From positions 124,001 through 188,000 of the IMG/VR virus record IMGVR_UViG_3300009177_000028: 64,000 bases of DNA. The stretch is one strand, 5' to 3'. The position numbers and the translations under genes are program-made. Under the pieces are notes generated by a model. It had not been told where the DNA came from. It saw nothing but the letters and a program-made list of their open reading frames with translations, and did no database searches. Positions 55,861 to 64,000 of the stretch are shown in pieces (the stretch's first letter is position 1; each line of letters begins with the position of its first letter).

Positions 55861-56257
55861 GTTGGTAGACTACATTGTCGACCGAGATGAGCTAGCCAGG
55901 CGCTTTCAGGAAAGCACACGCCTATCAGAGGATAGGGTAAAGACGATTCGAGAAAGGGAAGCCCTACTGCGCGAATTGGGTAGGGTATGTGACCGCACAA
56001 GGTCTCTCATTGGTTCCCTGGATAAGGTATCTGCAAAGGAGGTGATTGAAAGTAATCGCACAATCAACCACGCCTTTCAGATTGCAACCAAAAGGCCCGA
56101 AAACTGCGTAATGAAAACGTGCAGTTGTGGGCGAGTCATCGCACCATCTGAGTGGTTTCAACTCAACCTGGTTGGTTATCAGTCGACCCAATCTATTGGA
56201 GGAGAACTGCGCAACTGTAGTTGTCAATCTACCCTCCTTGTCATTACTAAAAGGTAA
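55835..56257 (+). CDS. Hypothetical protein with C-terminal Cys cluster
   Basis: CSCG...CSCQ. Confidence 0.55.
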   Translation: MLAKRKKDELVDYIVDRDELARRFQESTRLSEDRVKTIREREALLRELGRVCDRTRSLIGSLDKVSAKEVIESNRTINHAFQIATKRPENCVMKTCSCGRVIAPSEWFQLNLVGYQSTQSIGGELRNCSCQSTLLVITKR

Positions 56258-56263
56258 AAAGGT

Positions 56264-56293
56264 AATTGACTTTGCACCAAGTCAATTCATAAT
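56264..56293 (+). promoter_or_regulatory. Sigma70-like promoter overlapped by a perfect 9-bp inverted repeat
   Basis: TTGACT-N16-CATAAT; AATTGACTT-N6-AAGTCAATT at 56264-56287. Confidence 0.55.
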
Positions 56294-56312
56294 TAGGTGA
56301 AGGGAGCCGAAC

Positions 56313-57695
56313 ATGGACAACGAAACTCGCGTTTTCAAGATTCCTTCCGATAACTTGGGAGTCCTGGAAGAGAAGTTCAAAAAGCTTGCTCGGCGAGCCA
56401 AGAAGCTCAACCTTCCTGCACCTACCTTCACCGAGATCAAGGTGGAGCGTATTCAAAAGAAGAACCCCCATACCGACATGGTGGAGCGTACGTACCTCCT
56501 TCACCACATTACGGTCGACTCTGGTTGTGCAGTTGTGAAGGTTCAGGGTTGGACCTTCATTGCTACCATTCAGCACACCGAAGAAGGGAACATCATCCGC
56601 AAGGTGGGGAGGGCGGAGATCCCGGTGCAGTATCGTACTGTCACCAACTTGTGTGAGCACTGTAATACCAACCGCTATCGCAAGGATACCTACATCCTTT
56701 CCCATGAGGATGGTTCCTACAAGCAGGTTGGTCGTAACTGCTTGGCTGACTTTTTCGGACATGATGCTCTCATGTACGCCGAGCGCGCCCAGTACCTGAC
56801 GGACCTGGACGCACTTGGTGAGAGCATGGAAGACGAGATGGGATTCGGGGGTGGAGGTGGTCCGTCCTACGAGCCTCTGGAGACATACCTGGGATATGTC
56901 GCCGAGTGTATCAAGCTGGACGGCTGGATGAGCCGAGGTAAGGCGCGCGAGCTGAACATGGAGGGATGTGCGACCTGCGAGATTGCGCAGAAGCACCTAC
57001 ATCCTCGGCTTGCTGGGCCTCACTTCAAGCCGATGTTTTCCTCACCTTCTCCCGAGTCTTTCCAGGTGGGAGAGGCTGCCATCGAGTGGGCGGCTGACAT
57101 CGAAGGTGAGGAAATTCCCGACTACCTCCACAACATTCGCACCATTGCCCGCAGGTGTGTTTACGAGGGACGCGACATGGGCCTTGCGGCCAGCATTGTT
57201 GCCGCGTATCAACGACACCTCAGTACCCTTCGGTGGAAGGAGCTTCAGGCCAAGCGTGCGGAAATTGCCCAGCATGTGGGCAATGTGGGAGATCGTGTGC
57301 GCATGAAGGTAATGGTGGAGAAGGTGGTTCAATGTGATAGCCAGTGGGGCACTTCACACCTTCATATCATGTCGGATGACAACGGCAACGTTTTCATCTG
57401 GTTTGCTTCTTCGGGCGCGCATGAGACGGGGAGCGAGATCATCCTGAAGGGGACCATCAAAAAGCACGATGTGCGAGATGGTGTCAAGCAGAATGTTTTG
57501 ACCCGCTGTGAGGAAGTGGAATTGAAAACCTACTTCGTTATGGTGGATGATACCAAGTACACCTTCCAAGCTGAAAAGGAGTTGGAGGTGCGCAAGCTCC
57601 TGCGTGAGAAGTTGGGCGTAGCGAAGCTGCCCAAGGGTACGCGCATCATCGAAGATGTCCCGCAGGTGGTGTCGGAAGAAAGGGTGGCGGTGTAA
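56313..57695 (+). CDS. Phage protein with Zn finger and probable C-terminal OB-fold
   Basis: CEHC...VGRNCLADF; C-terminal VG.VGDR...WG...FIWFAS...LKGTIKKH. Confidence 0.7.
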   Translation: MDNETRVFKIPSDNLGVLEEKFKKLARRAKKLNLPAPTFTEIKVERIQKKNPHTDMVERTYLLHHITVDSGCAVVKVQGWTFIATIQHTEEGNIIRKVGRAEIPVQYRTVTNLCEHCNTNRYRKDTYILSHEDGSYKQVGRNCLADFFGHDALMYAERAQYLTDLDALGESMEDEMGFGGGGGPSYEPLETYLGYVAECIKLDGWMSRGKARELNMEGCATCEIAQKHLHPRLAGPHFKPMFSSPSPESFQVGEAAIEWAADIEGEEIPDYLHNIRTIARRCVYEGRDMGLAASIVAAYQRHLSTLRWKELQAKRAEIAQHVGNVGDRVRMKVMVEKVVQCDSQWGTSHLHIMSDDNGNVFIWFASSGAHETGSEIILKGTIKKHDVRDGVKQNVLTRCEEVELKTYFVMVDDTKYTFQAEKELEVRKLLREKLGVAKLPKGTRIIEDVPQVVSEERVAV

Positions 57696-57889
57696 TGAAA
57701 TTGGAGTTGCGAGACCCGGGTATGCATCCACTCACATTGGATGTAATTACTTTTGACGATGTGGTAATGAATCTTCGTAAATATAACACGGACTTCACTA
57801 CCGCTTTTCTTTCAAGAGACGGAGTTGTATTCATGAATGCTCGGCGTCAGGTGGGCGACCGCACCTGGAACATTAGGCTCACAACATAG
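57695..57889 (+). CDS. Small hypothetical protein
   Basis: TAATG overlap. Confidence 0.5.
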   Translation: MKLELRDPGMHPLTLDVITFDDVVMNLRKYNTDFTTAFLSRDGVVFMNARRQVGDRTWNIRLTT

Positions 57890-57898
57890 CGGGGTGTA

Positions 57899-58111
57899 AT
57901 GAATCACAATCAGATTCAGGAGATTGCGACCAAGTATGATCTTGGTCGCGTTCACTTTCAATACAACATCGCTCAGAATACGGGGCGAGAGTTTGAAGTA
58001 GGATATGTGACGGTGGATGGTAGGAGGGAGTTGTTCTGTAAACGACAACCCAATACCAATCCCGACCAATTCTATCTCTGTAATGAATTCCGCAAACTGG
58101 AGGAGGCGTGA
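57899..58111 (+). CDS. Small hypothetical protein
   Basis: GGGG RBS-like sequence. Confidence 0.55.
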   Translation: MNHNQIQEIATKYDLGRVHFQYNIAQNTGREFEVGYVTVDGRRELFCKRQPNTNPDQFYLCNEFRKLEEA

Positions 58112-58503
58112 CTATGGATAAGCTGGAGTGGGGAATCAACCCCGAGGGTGAGAAGGCCATTGCTTACGGCGCACGAGCTATCTACAATGGGCCGGGCACG
58201 TTGGATCTCCTCTGGGATCGTCAGTGCATGGTGGGTGGGGAGCCGGGGCAACGTGAGGAATTCTGTAAGTTCCTCAATGAGTACGGCATACCTGCAATCA
58301 AGGATCTCACCAAGAAGGAGTTTCTGCGCGGAAGTGAGGACCGACAGTTGCATACCCAGCTTCACGGCTGGCATATCACGGTGAGCCCGAAAGGTTCCTG
58401 TGGATATCTCTACATCGGTGTCTTTCCTGTGGATAACGGAGACCCGAACTACATTCCCGCACCTGTCCCTTCTCCCAAGGTGAAGTCCAGCAAACGAAGG
58501 TAG
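58108..58503 (+). CDS. Hypothetical protein
   Basis: GGAGG RBS; GTGA overlap. Confidence 0.65.
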   Translation: MTMDKLEWGINPEGEKAIAYGARAIYNGPGTLDLLWDRQCMVGGEPGQREEFCKFLNEYGIPAIKDLTKKEFLRGSEDRQLHTQLHGWHITVSPKGSCGYLYIGVFPVDNGDPNYIPAPVPSPKVKSSKRR

Positions 58504-58509
58504 GTAGAT

Positions 58510-58890
58510 ATGGAAGTAGGAACCAGCCGTACCGATGGTGTGGTTGTAATCACAAGGTTCACCGAGTATTACCTTGTGGAATGTTCCATGTGCCACTGGA
58601 GACAATCTTACGAGTCGGCACATACGGCTGGTTGGTTGGCATTCTGCCATAACCGCAACTTCCGTAAAGAGGGCTGTGGAAGCAGGAGAACGATCATGAT
58701 TGGTGTCTACGATGTGAGTGAGGCTGACGAAGCGGCGTCCGACAAGGAAACCGCCCTGCGCAATCTTCGGTCGCAGGTGGAGAGAGGTGAGACTCCCGCC
58801 ATCATCGACATGTACGAGCGCGCAGCGTGGCAGTGTGGGGCCACGGTGGCAGAGACGGAGGCCACTATCAAGAAGGGTAGGGTCAAGTAA
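58510..58890 (+). CDS. Hypothetical protein
   Basis: CSMC...CH; may be a fusion of two modules. Confidence 0.55.
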   Translation: MEVGTSRTDGVVVITRFTEYYLVECSMCHWRQSYESAHTAGWLAFCHNRNFRKEGCGSRRTIMIGVYDVSEADEAASDKETALRNLRSQVERGETPAIIDMYERAAWQCGATVAETEATIKKGRVK

Positions 58891-59081
58891 CTCACTATCA
58901 GGCCCTTAGACTCCGAATGGGAGATAAGGTGCGCCTAAGACTGCGAGGCCAGGTTTCTGTAGTAGAGGTGACACATATCGCACATGATGTATTGATCAAA
59001 GTGGTCTACATTAGTGTGGTTGCGAATGATGGGATGTCGTACCATAGCATCCCACATCACAAGTTTGAAAAGGAGTGAGTA

Positions 59082-59267
59082 ATGAAATTCACACTGACAA
59101 TCGAATTGGGCAACGAGGCCATGCGCACTCGGGGCCACCTGGCCGCCAAACTGAAAGAGGTGGCCAAAGATGTTCTCAGCTCGCCGGCCACTGTCAAGAA
59201 CGAAGGTCGGAAACTTCGTGACATCAACGGCAACACTGTCGGTGAATGGAAGTTCGAGGAGGATTGA
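59082..59267 (+). CDS. Small hypothetical protein (LRDINGNTVG motif)
   Basis: AAGGAG RBS. Confidence 0.65.
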   Translation: MKFTLTIELGNEAMRTRGHLAAKLKEVAKDVLSSPATVKNEGRKLRDINGNTVGEWKFEED

Positions 59268-59270
59268 CCC

Positions 59271-59498
59271 ATGAGTGAAAACCACTTTGGATTCCAAGTT
59301 CCCAACTTGGATGACACTACGTGTAATCCGAAAGAGTACCTGGATACGGCAAGTGTGCTGGAGAATCTCTCCAAGTACCTTCGTCACAAGGCAGCGGCTC
59401 AGATTGCGCGCAAGCGTGGGAACATGACCACTGCCATCATGAACGACCAGAAGTGCGATGCTCTCTTCAAGAAGTTGCCCGATTGGGCTAGGTGGTGA
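59271..59498 (+). CDS. Small hypothetical protein
   Basis: GAGGA RBS. Confidence 0.6.
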   Translation: MSENHFGFQVPNLDDTTCNPKEYLDTASVLENLSKYLRHKAAAQIARKRGNMTTAIMNDQKCDALFKKLPDWARW

Positions 59499-59501
59499 AT
59501 C

Positions 59502-59999
59502 ATGCTACAAATGAGTATTCGTAATGTTGCACATCAGATTGTGCAGCATGAGCTACTCGGGAAGGGTCGAGAGAAGGAAGGTCTCTACCTCAACTTCGAC
59601 CTGCGCATGAGTCACCACACCGACCGTGGGTCCTACGACCAGAGCAGAGGTCTGCACCTTCTGTACTACGTTCACCCACACGGCACCTACGTCACTGTCT
59701 TTGCCAGCGTGACCAAATCACCTTTCGCTACCCTTCGTGATGTCAAGGAATGGAAGCACGAATGCACGCATGATTCGTGCTGGCGAGACATCAACACCTT
59801 TTCGCAGGTGTACTTCGATATGGCGGAATGCATCAACTCTGCTCTTCAGAAAAACAAGTTGGATGCTATCGCACCAAAGGATATGCACGAGTACAACAGC
59901 TTTGGTCGGAGCGGTTTGTACGAGTGGGTACCTGTCGAGGTGACCAAGGATCCGGAAGACGACCGCAACTATCGCAGGTTGGTCAAGGTACTCCGATGA
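59502..59999 (+). CDS. Hypothetical protein
   Basis: Tight packing. Confidence 0.65.
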   Translation: MLQMSIRNVAHQIVQHELLGKGREKEGLYLNFDLRMSHHTDRGSYDQSRGLHLLYYVHPHGTYVTVFASVTKSPFATLRDVKEWKHECTHDSCWRDINTFSQVYFDMAECINSALQKNKLDAIAPKDMHEYNSFGRSGLYEWVPVEVTKDPEDDRNYRRLVKVLR

Positions 60000-60295
60000 C
60001 CCCACAAGAAATGCGCACACTGTCGTACAAGTGTGGTCAGATGGGATACCGCAACTTGGCGATGTACTGGTCAGAAAAAGCGTCAGAGAAGGAGATTGCA
60101 ATGAATCAGATGCGATTGTGCGATGCGGGCATTCGGGAGCAAGAGTGGGCGCAAAAGCTCATCAACGAAAAGCAGCTTCCTTCCGACATCTCCTACAAAG
60201 ACTTCCTGGATCACGGTGTGTATGATGCTCGGACCGATGAGGTCATGCTCACTATCAAGGGTGTGTGCCTCAAGTTCAAAGTAGAACGAGGATGA
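59996..60295 (+). CDS. Hypothetical protein
   Basis: ATGA overlap. Confidence 0.55.
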   Translation: MTPQEMRTLSYKCGQMGYRNLAMYWSEKASEKEIAMNQMRLCDAGIREQEWAQKLINEKQLPSDISYKDFLDHGVYDARTDEVMLTIKGVCLKFKVERG

Positions 60296-60365
60296 ACTAA
60301 AAAACTCTGTATAGCAAATCGCCTTGGTAACGTCTCGGTAACCAAAGGGATATAAGGTGATTCAT

Positions 60366-60674
60366 ATGAAGACAGGTCTGGTTTGTGTTGCCTTGTTGGT
60401 TTCGGGGGTTGCGTGTTCGACATCCACCGAGGAGTCGGATAGTGCAATTGGAAGTGAGTCAAGCGCATACACAACTTTCGGATATTGTGAGGTCAATTCA
60501 ACCACGAACACTCTCACTGGGCGATGTCGAGGCGGACTTTCTTACTGTTGTGCCAATCCAGTCTCTACCTGCACAGCAGGAGCGGTGGCTGGGGGAGTAT
60601 CGTACTTCTACTCCTCTATGTGTGGGGTGGTGGCGTACGACAATACCGTGCACTGTACCGAATGGTGTAGATAA
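60366..60674 (+). CDS. Cys-rich lipoprotein
   Basis: MKTGLVCVALLVSGVAC lipobox; acidic linker; 8 Cys in the mature domain. Confidence 0.7.
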   Translation: MKTGLVCVALLVSGVACSTSTEESDSAIGSESSAYTTFGYCEVNSTTNTLTGRCRGGLSYCCANPVSTCTAGAVAGGVSYFYSSMCGVVAYDNTVHCTEWCR

Positions 60675-60688
60675 GAAGTTGTAGGTAG

Positions 60689-60724
60689 GAAGGGGCCGCT
60701 AGGGATCATTCTAGCGGCCCCTTC
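60689..60724 (+). terminator. 14-bp GC-rich hairpin (weak terminator or stabiliser)
   Basis: gaaggggccgctag/ctagcggccccttc; poor U-tract. Confidence 0.45.
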
Positions 60725-60754
60725 TCTCTGCCAACCAAAAGAGAGGAGTAAGAC

Positions 60755-61207
60755 ATGCTGGTCAACTTGAACGGTTCGTACGATAAGCTCCTTCAACACC
60801 TTCAGACGGGTCTCTATCTGGTCAAAGATATGATGGCCCAGCACATCATCTTCATGGAGGAAAAAGGCTGGTACGAATTCGATCATGAGTGGCCGGAATT
60901 CCAGGGAGATGTTGACTCACGTTTGAAGTCACTTCGGGAGAGGTTCGATAAAGGAATCTACTTCAACGACTTTGGTTCCTGCGACTCACCCGAGCAGTTT
61001 CTTTCCCACCATTACGGGAAAGTTTTGCAGGAATCGGAACACCGATACTGCGTTTTCTTTACACCGATGTCCAAGGAAGATCATCCTGGTTATCGGTGGC
61101 ACAAGAATGGTCCTTACATTGGTGCAAAAGAGCAGCAGTGTGAGCACTTCGGTGATGAGCCGGAGATTGACCACATCTACCAATTCCACATCTACCGAAA
61201 GAGATAA
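60755..61207 (+). CDS. Hypothetical protein
   Basis: GAGGAG RBS. Confidence 0.7.
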   Translation: MLVNLNGSYDKLLQHLQTGLYLVKDMMAQHIIFMEEKGWYEFDHEWPEFQGDVDSRLKSLRERFDKGIYFNDFGSCDSPEQFLSHHYGKVLQESEHRYCVFFTPMSKEDHPGYRWHKNGPYIGAKEQQCEHFGDEPEIDHIYQFHIYRKR

Positions 61208-61208
61208 C

Positions 61209-61397
61209 ATGTCTATTCACATTATCATCAATGGGGCGCGCAAGGTGGAGCGTGAGCGCGACTCCGGCAAAAAGGAATGGTGGGTCATGCACCCATCCAA
61301 CGATTCCATTCTCGCCTACTGTGATTCCGAAGAAGAGGCCGATAAGGTTATCTCCTCTTTCAATGAAGTATCTTCAGCTCTATCAGGGCAGAGGTGA
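61209..61397 (+). CDS. Small hypothetical protein
   Basis: Follows the previous stop. Confidence 0.55.
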   Translation: MSIHIIINGARKVERERDSGKKEWWVMHPSNDSILAYCDSEEEADKVISSFNEVSSALSGQR

Positions 61398-61526
61398 GTA
61401 CAGTTCTCTTCATGTGATTCTGGGTGTCCACATCCAGGACAGCAGGTACAATCCTCTTCATATTGATCACATGAGTTACAGATTGGGATTCTCGGAATAT
61501 CCACCATCACACCTGTAGGTTTTGAG

Positions 61527-61811
61527 ATGAACTTCAAAAACGTTCAAGATTTTTTCAAGAGCTGGGGCATGTATCCAAGTGGGGAGGATACAGACGACTA
61601 CAGCCCCGATGTCATCGAACAGGGCATCAATCGCGGTTGCTACTTCAAACTGATTGAGGAGGCCAAGCGAGCAAACGGTGATTCGTTTGCGCAGTTCTGC
61701 TCACGTCAGATTGACGCCACGGATGATGCCTTCTACCTGACCGCCGATTCTTGGGGCGAGCTGGAGGACGCTTGGGCGGAATGGACGATGCACAACGCGG
61801 TAGGCGTCTGA
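61527..61811 (+). CDS. Hypothetical protein
   Basis: GC3-rich codons. Confidence 0.6.
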   Translation: MNFKNVQDFFKSWGMYPSGEDTDDYSPDVIEQGINRGCYFKLIEEAKRANGDSFAQFCSRQIDATDDAFYLTADSWGELEDAWAEWTMHNAVGV

Positions 61812-61842
61812 TCGACCAAGACTGATTCATCCAACTTTTAGC

Positions 61843-61870
61843 TTGACTCATTCAATCCAAGAATTATAAT
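61843..61870 (+). promoter_or_regulatory. Sigma70-like promoter
   Basis: TTGACT-N16-TATAAT in an intergenic gap. Confidence 0.6.
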
Positions 61871-62019
61871 TGAGGTCATCCCCGTAGCGGAGGATCCACT
61901 CTACTACCAGAACCCTATAAATTCCTCAGTAATTCCGGATAATTACCGGAAGTGTTTCTCGACAAACGAATGAGGGATCTATGGGAGAAGTAAGTATATA
62001 GAGGATCAGGAGGAGCATC

Positions 62020-62202
62020 ATGAGTGTCAAGGTGGGTGATAAGTACCCCTGGAACAACAAGGGTGCTATTCTTCAGGTGGTGGAAGTAAAAGGTCGGAAG
62101 GTAAAGTTCGAGGTGTTTGGAGCTGTTCCCTTGTATGGGAGCATGAGACTTCAGGACTTTACCGAGAAGTACCTCAGCAGAAAAGTACGAAAAGCAGCAT
62201 GA
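62020..62202 (+). CDS. Small SH3-like protein, ends -KAA
   Basis: AGGAGGAG RBS. Confidence 0.6.
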   Translation: MSVKVGDKYPWNNKGAILQVVEVKGRKVKFEVFGAVPLYGSMRLQDFTEKYLSRKVRKAA

Positions 62203-62405
62203 AGTGGCCAGCTCAATTCATTCTGGAATTACGTTGGCCCCGAGATATCCCAGTGTGGTGGGATTGGCGGCAGAGGTGGGGAGTGGACACACATCAGGTC
62301 GAGCAAGGGAATTGGCCTGATGGTTCCCCTATGAGCCCCGCCACCACACGTATTCACTGGTGGGTTTGGACCCTAATCATCATCTGGAAAACGAGAAAGT
62401 CATGA
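62199..62405 (+). CDS. Small Trp-rich protein
   Basis: ATGA overlaps at both ends. Confidence 0.5.
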   Translation: MKWPAQFILELRWPRDIPVWWDWRQRWGVDTHQVEQGNWPDGSPMSPATTRIHWWVWTLIIIWKTRKS

Positions 62406-62743
62406 ACCGAAAAGAAGTTGAGAATCTCCGTCTCCGAAAGTCGGATGATCTGGTCAAGCTGGCGGCTGACTTGGGATACGACTCCGCCCCTCAGCAGCTC
62501 CAATGTAACAATGGGGCACACGTCTCCGGACTTCTCAACTTCTTTGACGACAATCCTGGTGCCATGGAAGTTCTTCAGGAGTGGATTCTGGAGAACTACG
62601 GCCTAGGTGAGGATGTCGAGGACGAAGAGGAAGAGAGTGAAGAGGGTTACATTCACGACAGCATGGAAGAATGTGCGGTCGCAGGTGACCATCTCAAATC
62701 ATGTGATGATGACGGTTACTGCAACAACTGTGGTTTCCAGTGA
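62402..62743 (+). CDS. Acidic hypothetical protein with C-terminal Cys/His cluster
   Basis: ATGA overlap. Confidence 0.6.
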   Translation: MNRKEVENLRLRKSDDLVKLAADLGYDSAPQQLQCNNGAHVSGLLNFFDDNPGAMEVLQEWILENYGLGEDVEDEEEESEEGYIHDSMEECAVAGDHLKSCDDDGYCNNCGFQ

Positions 62744-62754
62744 AGGAGGATGTC

Positions 62755-63030
62755 ATGGACTTCAACAAGTTTCCGTTCAAGAAGACGTTTCCGCACACGG
62801 GTAGTGACTTCTCCGCCACCCACGCAGCAGAGAGTTGGCTGAAGGAAAATGGATTCAGCCTGGGGACCATGTGTTCTCCCGAGCCGCGAGCCATCATGAA
62901 GGGAGAAGTGTTCCTGCCGAAGTGGCATCACTTCTCGACCAAGGATCATGCATCCTTCGATGGGGTTGCGACGGCTACCAACTGGCGCACGGGTGACGTA
63001 ACGGTCTACCTCAAGGCCGAGCCAGTGTGA
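62755..63030 (+). CDS. Hypothetical protein
   Basis: AGGAGG RBS. Confidence 0.65.
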   Translation: MDFNKFPFKKTFPHTGSDFSATHAAESWLKENGFSLGTMCSPEPRAIMKGEVFLPKWHHFSTKDHASFDGVATATNWRTGDVTVYLKAEPV

Positions 63031-63124
63031 TATGCTTACCGTCCGCCAGCACTACGTCCTACGTACGGTATCGCTAGCGGTAATCCTCCTACTTTGGATT
63101 ACCTGCAAGTAAAGGAGAACTCAA

Positions 63125-63394
63125 ATGTGCAATGGTGAGAGCTGTCGTATCGAGAAGGGGAATGAAGGTCCCACTCTCAATCACGTCTACAACAACCTAC
63201 TCCAACGCTGGGGTGCTAATGGCACCGATGCTTCCCCCGAGTGTGAGGATTGCGGATGCGACCTCACAGGTAAGGAAGTGTACGAGACCAGCACCAACTG
63301 GTTGTGCGCCGAGTGCAAGGAAAAGGATGACGAGACCTACCACGAGCCAATCTGGCAGGAAGACTTCTACGCAGGTCGGTACGTGGCCAGGTGA
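63125..63394 (+). CDS. Hypothetical protein with CxxC pairs
   Basis: AAGGAG RBS; CEDC...CAEC. Confidence 0.6.
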   Translation: MCNGESCRIEKGNEGPTLNHVYNNLLQRWGANGTDASPECEDCGCDLTGKEVYETSTNWLCAECKEKDDETYHEPIWQEDFYAGRYVAR

Positions 63395-63395
63395 A

Positions 63396-63764
63396 TCACT
63401 CCTGGTCTTTCTCGATGGTATGACAGACGGTTACACGTCGCATTGAGACATCGCTCAGGCGCAGGTTACTTCCCTGGTGGATGGCGAAGTTCTTCAGGAT
63501 GTGTGCCTTGACCGTCTTCTGCATTTCTTCGTAGGTACTTGGAGTTACATTGAATCCATGTAGGACGAAGTGAATCAAAGCCTCCATATCCATTGAGTCG
63601 CAATCGAATCGCCGGAAGATACCGAGGATCGTTTCCTGAATTCGGTGGTTCTCAAACGTACTGATGGATACAGTAGGGCGCCTGGTGGGACGCAGCATGT
63701 TGCTGTAGGATGAGGCAAACGGAAGAGTCTTGGGCTTGGTCATCGCAGAGACATAATAGCGCAT
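63396..63764 (-). CDS. Hypothetical protein on the convergent strand
   Basis: 122-aa ORF abutting the end of the plus-strand run. Confidence 0.5.
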   Translation of the reverse strand: MRYYVSAMTKPKTLPFASSYSNMLRPTRRPTVSISTFENHRIQETILGIFRRFDCDSMDMEALIHFVLHGFNVTPSTYEEMQKTVKAHILKNFAIHQGSNLRLSDVSMRRVTVCHTIEKDQE

Positions 63765-64000
63765 GAGCCGCCTGTTTGGGAAGTAAAATCGGCAGCGACC
63801 TCAGCTATTGAACGTGGGATAAGTTATCCACATTGGGGAAAGGAAGGTTGCAATAATGAAACGGTCGGAGATTCCCGGATTCATAAGTGAAATGAACGCA
63901 ATGTTTGCGCAGCAGATGTCGGCTCTTCCGGTCAAGAAGAAGGCACTGGAGGACATGAAGGCAGGATTCAGCGATGGTGTGCGAATATGCATCCATATGC

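Overview
This looks like a 64-kb segment of a large (probably jumbo) tailed phage infecting a myxobacterium. It has no rRNA, no complete tRNA, no CRISPR array and no integrase. Host clues are an MXAN_4361/4362-family small protein, myxobacterial-style lipoproteins and sigma54-like promoters. Layout: (1) 1-7.6 kb, tail-fibre/virion genes. (2) 7.6-17.7 kb, nucleotide and translation functions (thyX, IMPDH/GMPR, infA, DEDDh exonuclease, SET methyltransferase, HD hydrolase, dut). (3) 17.9-34.2 kb, an array of 25 divergent paralogs, each with an N-terminal CxxC Zn-ribbon and a conserved C-terminal amphipathic tag ending mostly in -FS. The array is interrupted by an FGE-type lipoprotein, a kinase-like gene, prfB, antisense genes and a GC-rich histidine kinase/receiver cassette. 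(4) 34.2-36.2 kb, three proteases of three catalytic classes. (5) 36.2-37.9 kb, a non-coding switch region where transcription direction, GC skew and GC content all change. (6) 37.9-63.4 kb, a GC-rich early/host-takeover-like run of small genes with ArdC, four orphan receiver domains, a family of conserved intergenic stem-loops, a repeated 22-bp motif and a tRNA-like minihelix. All calls come from motif reading by eye; no database searches were run. GC figures are counts from single 60-nt sample lines.
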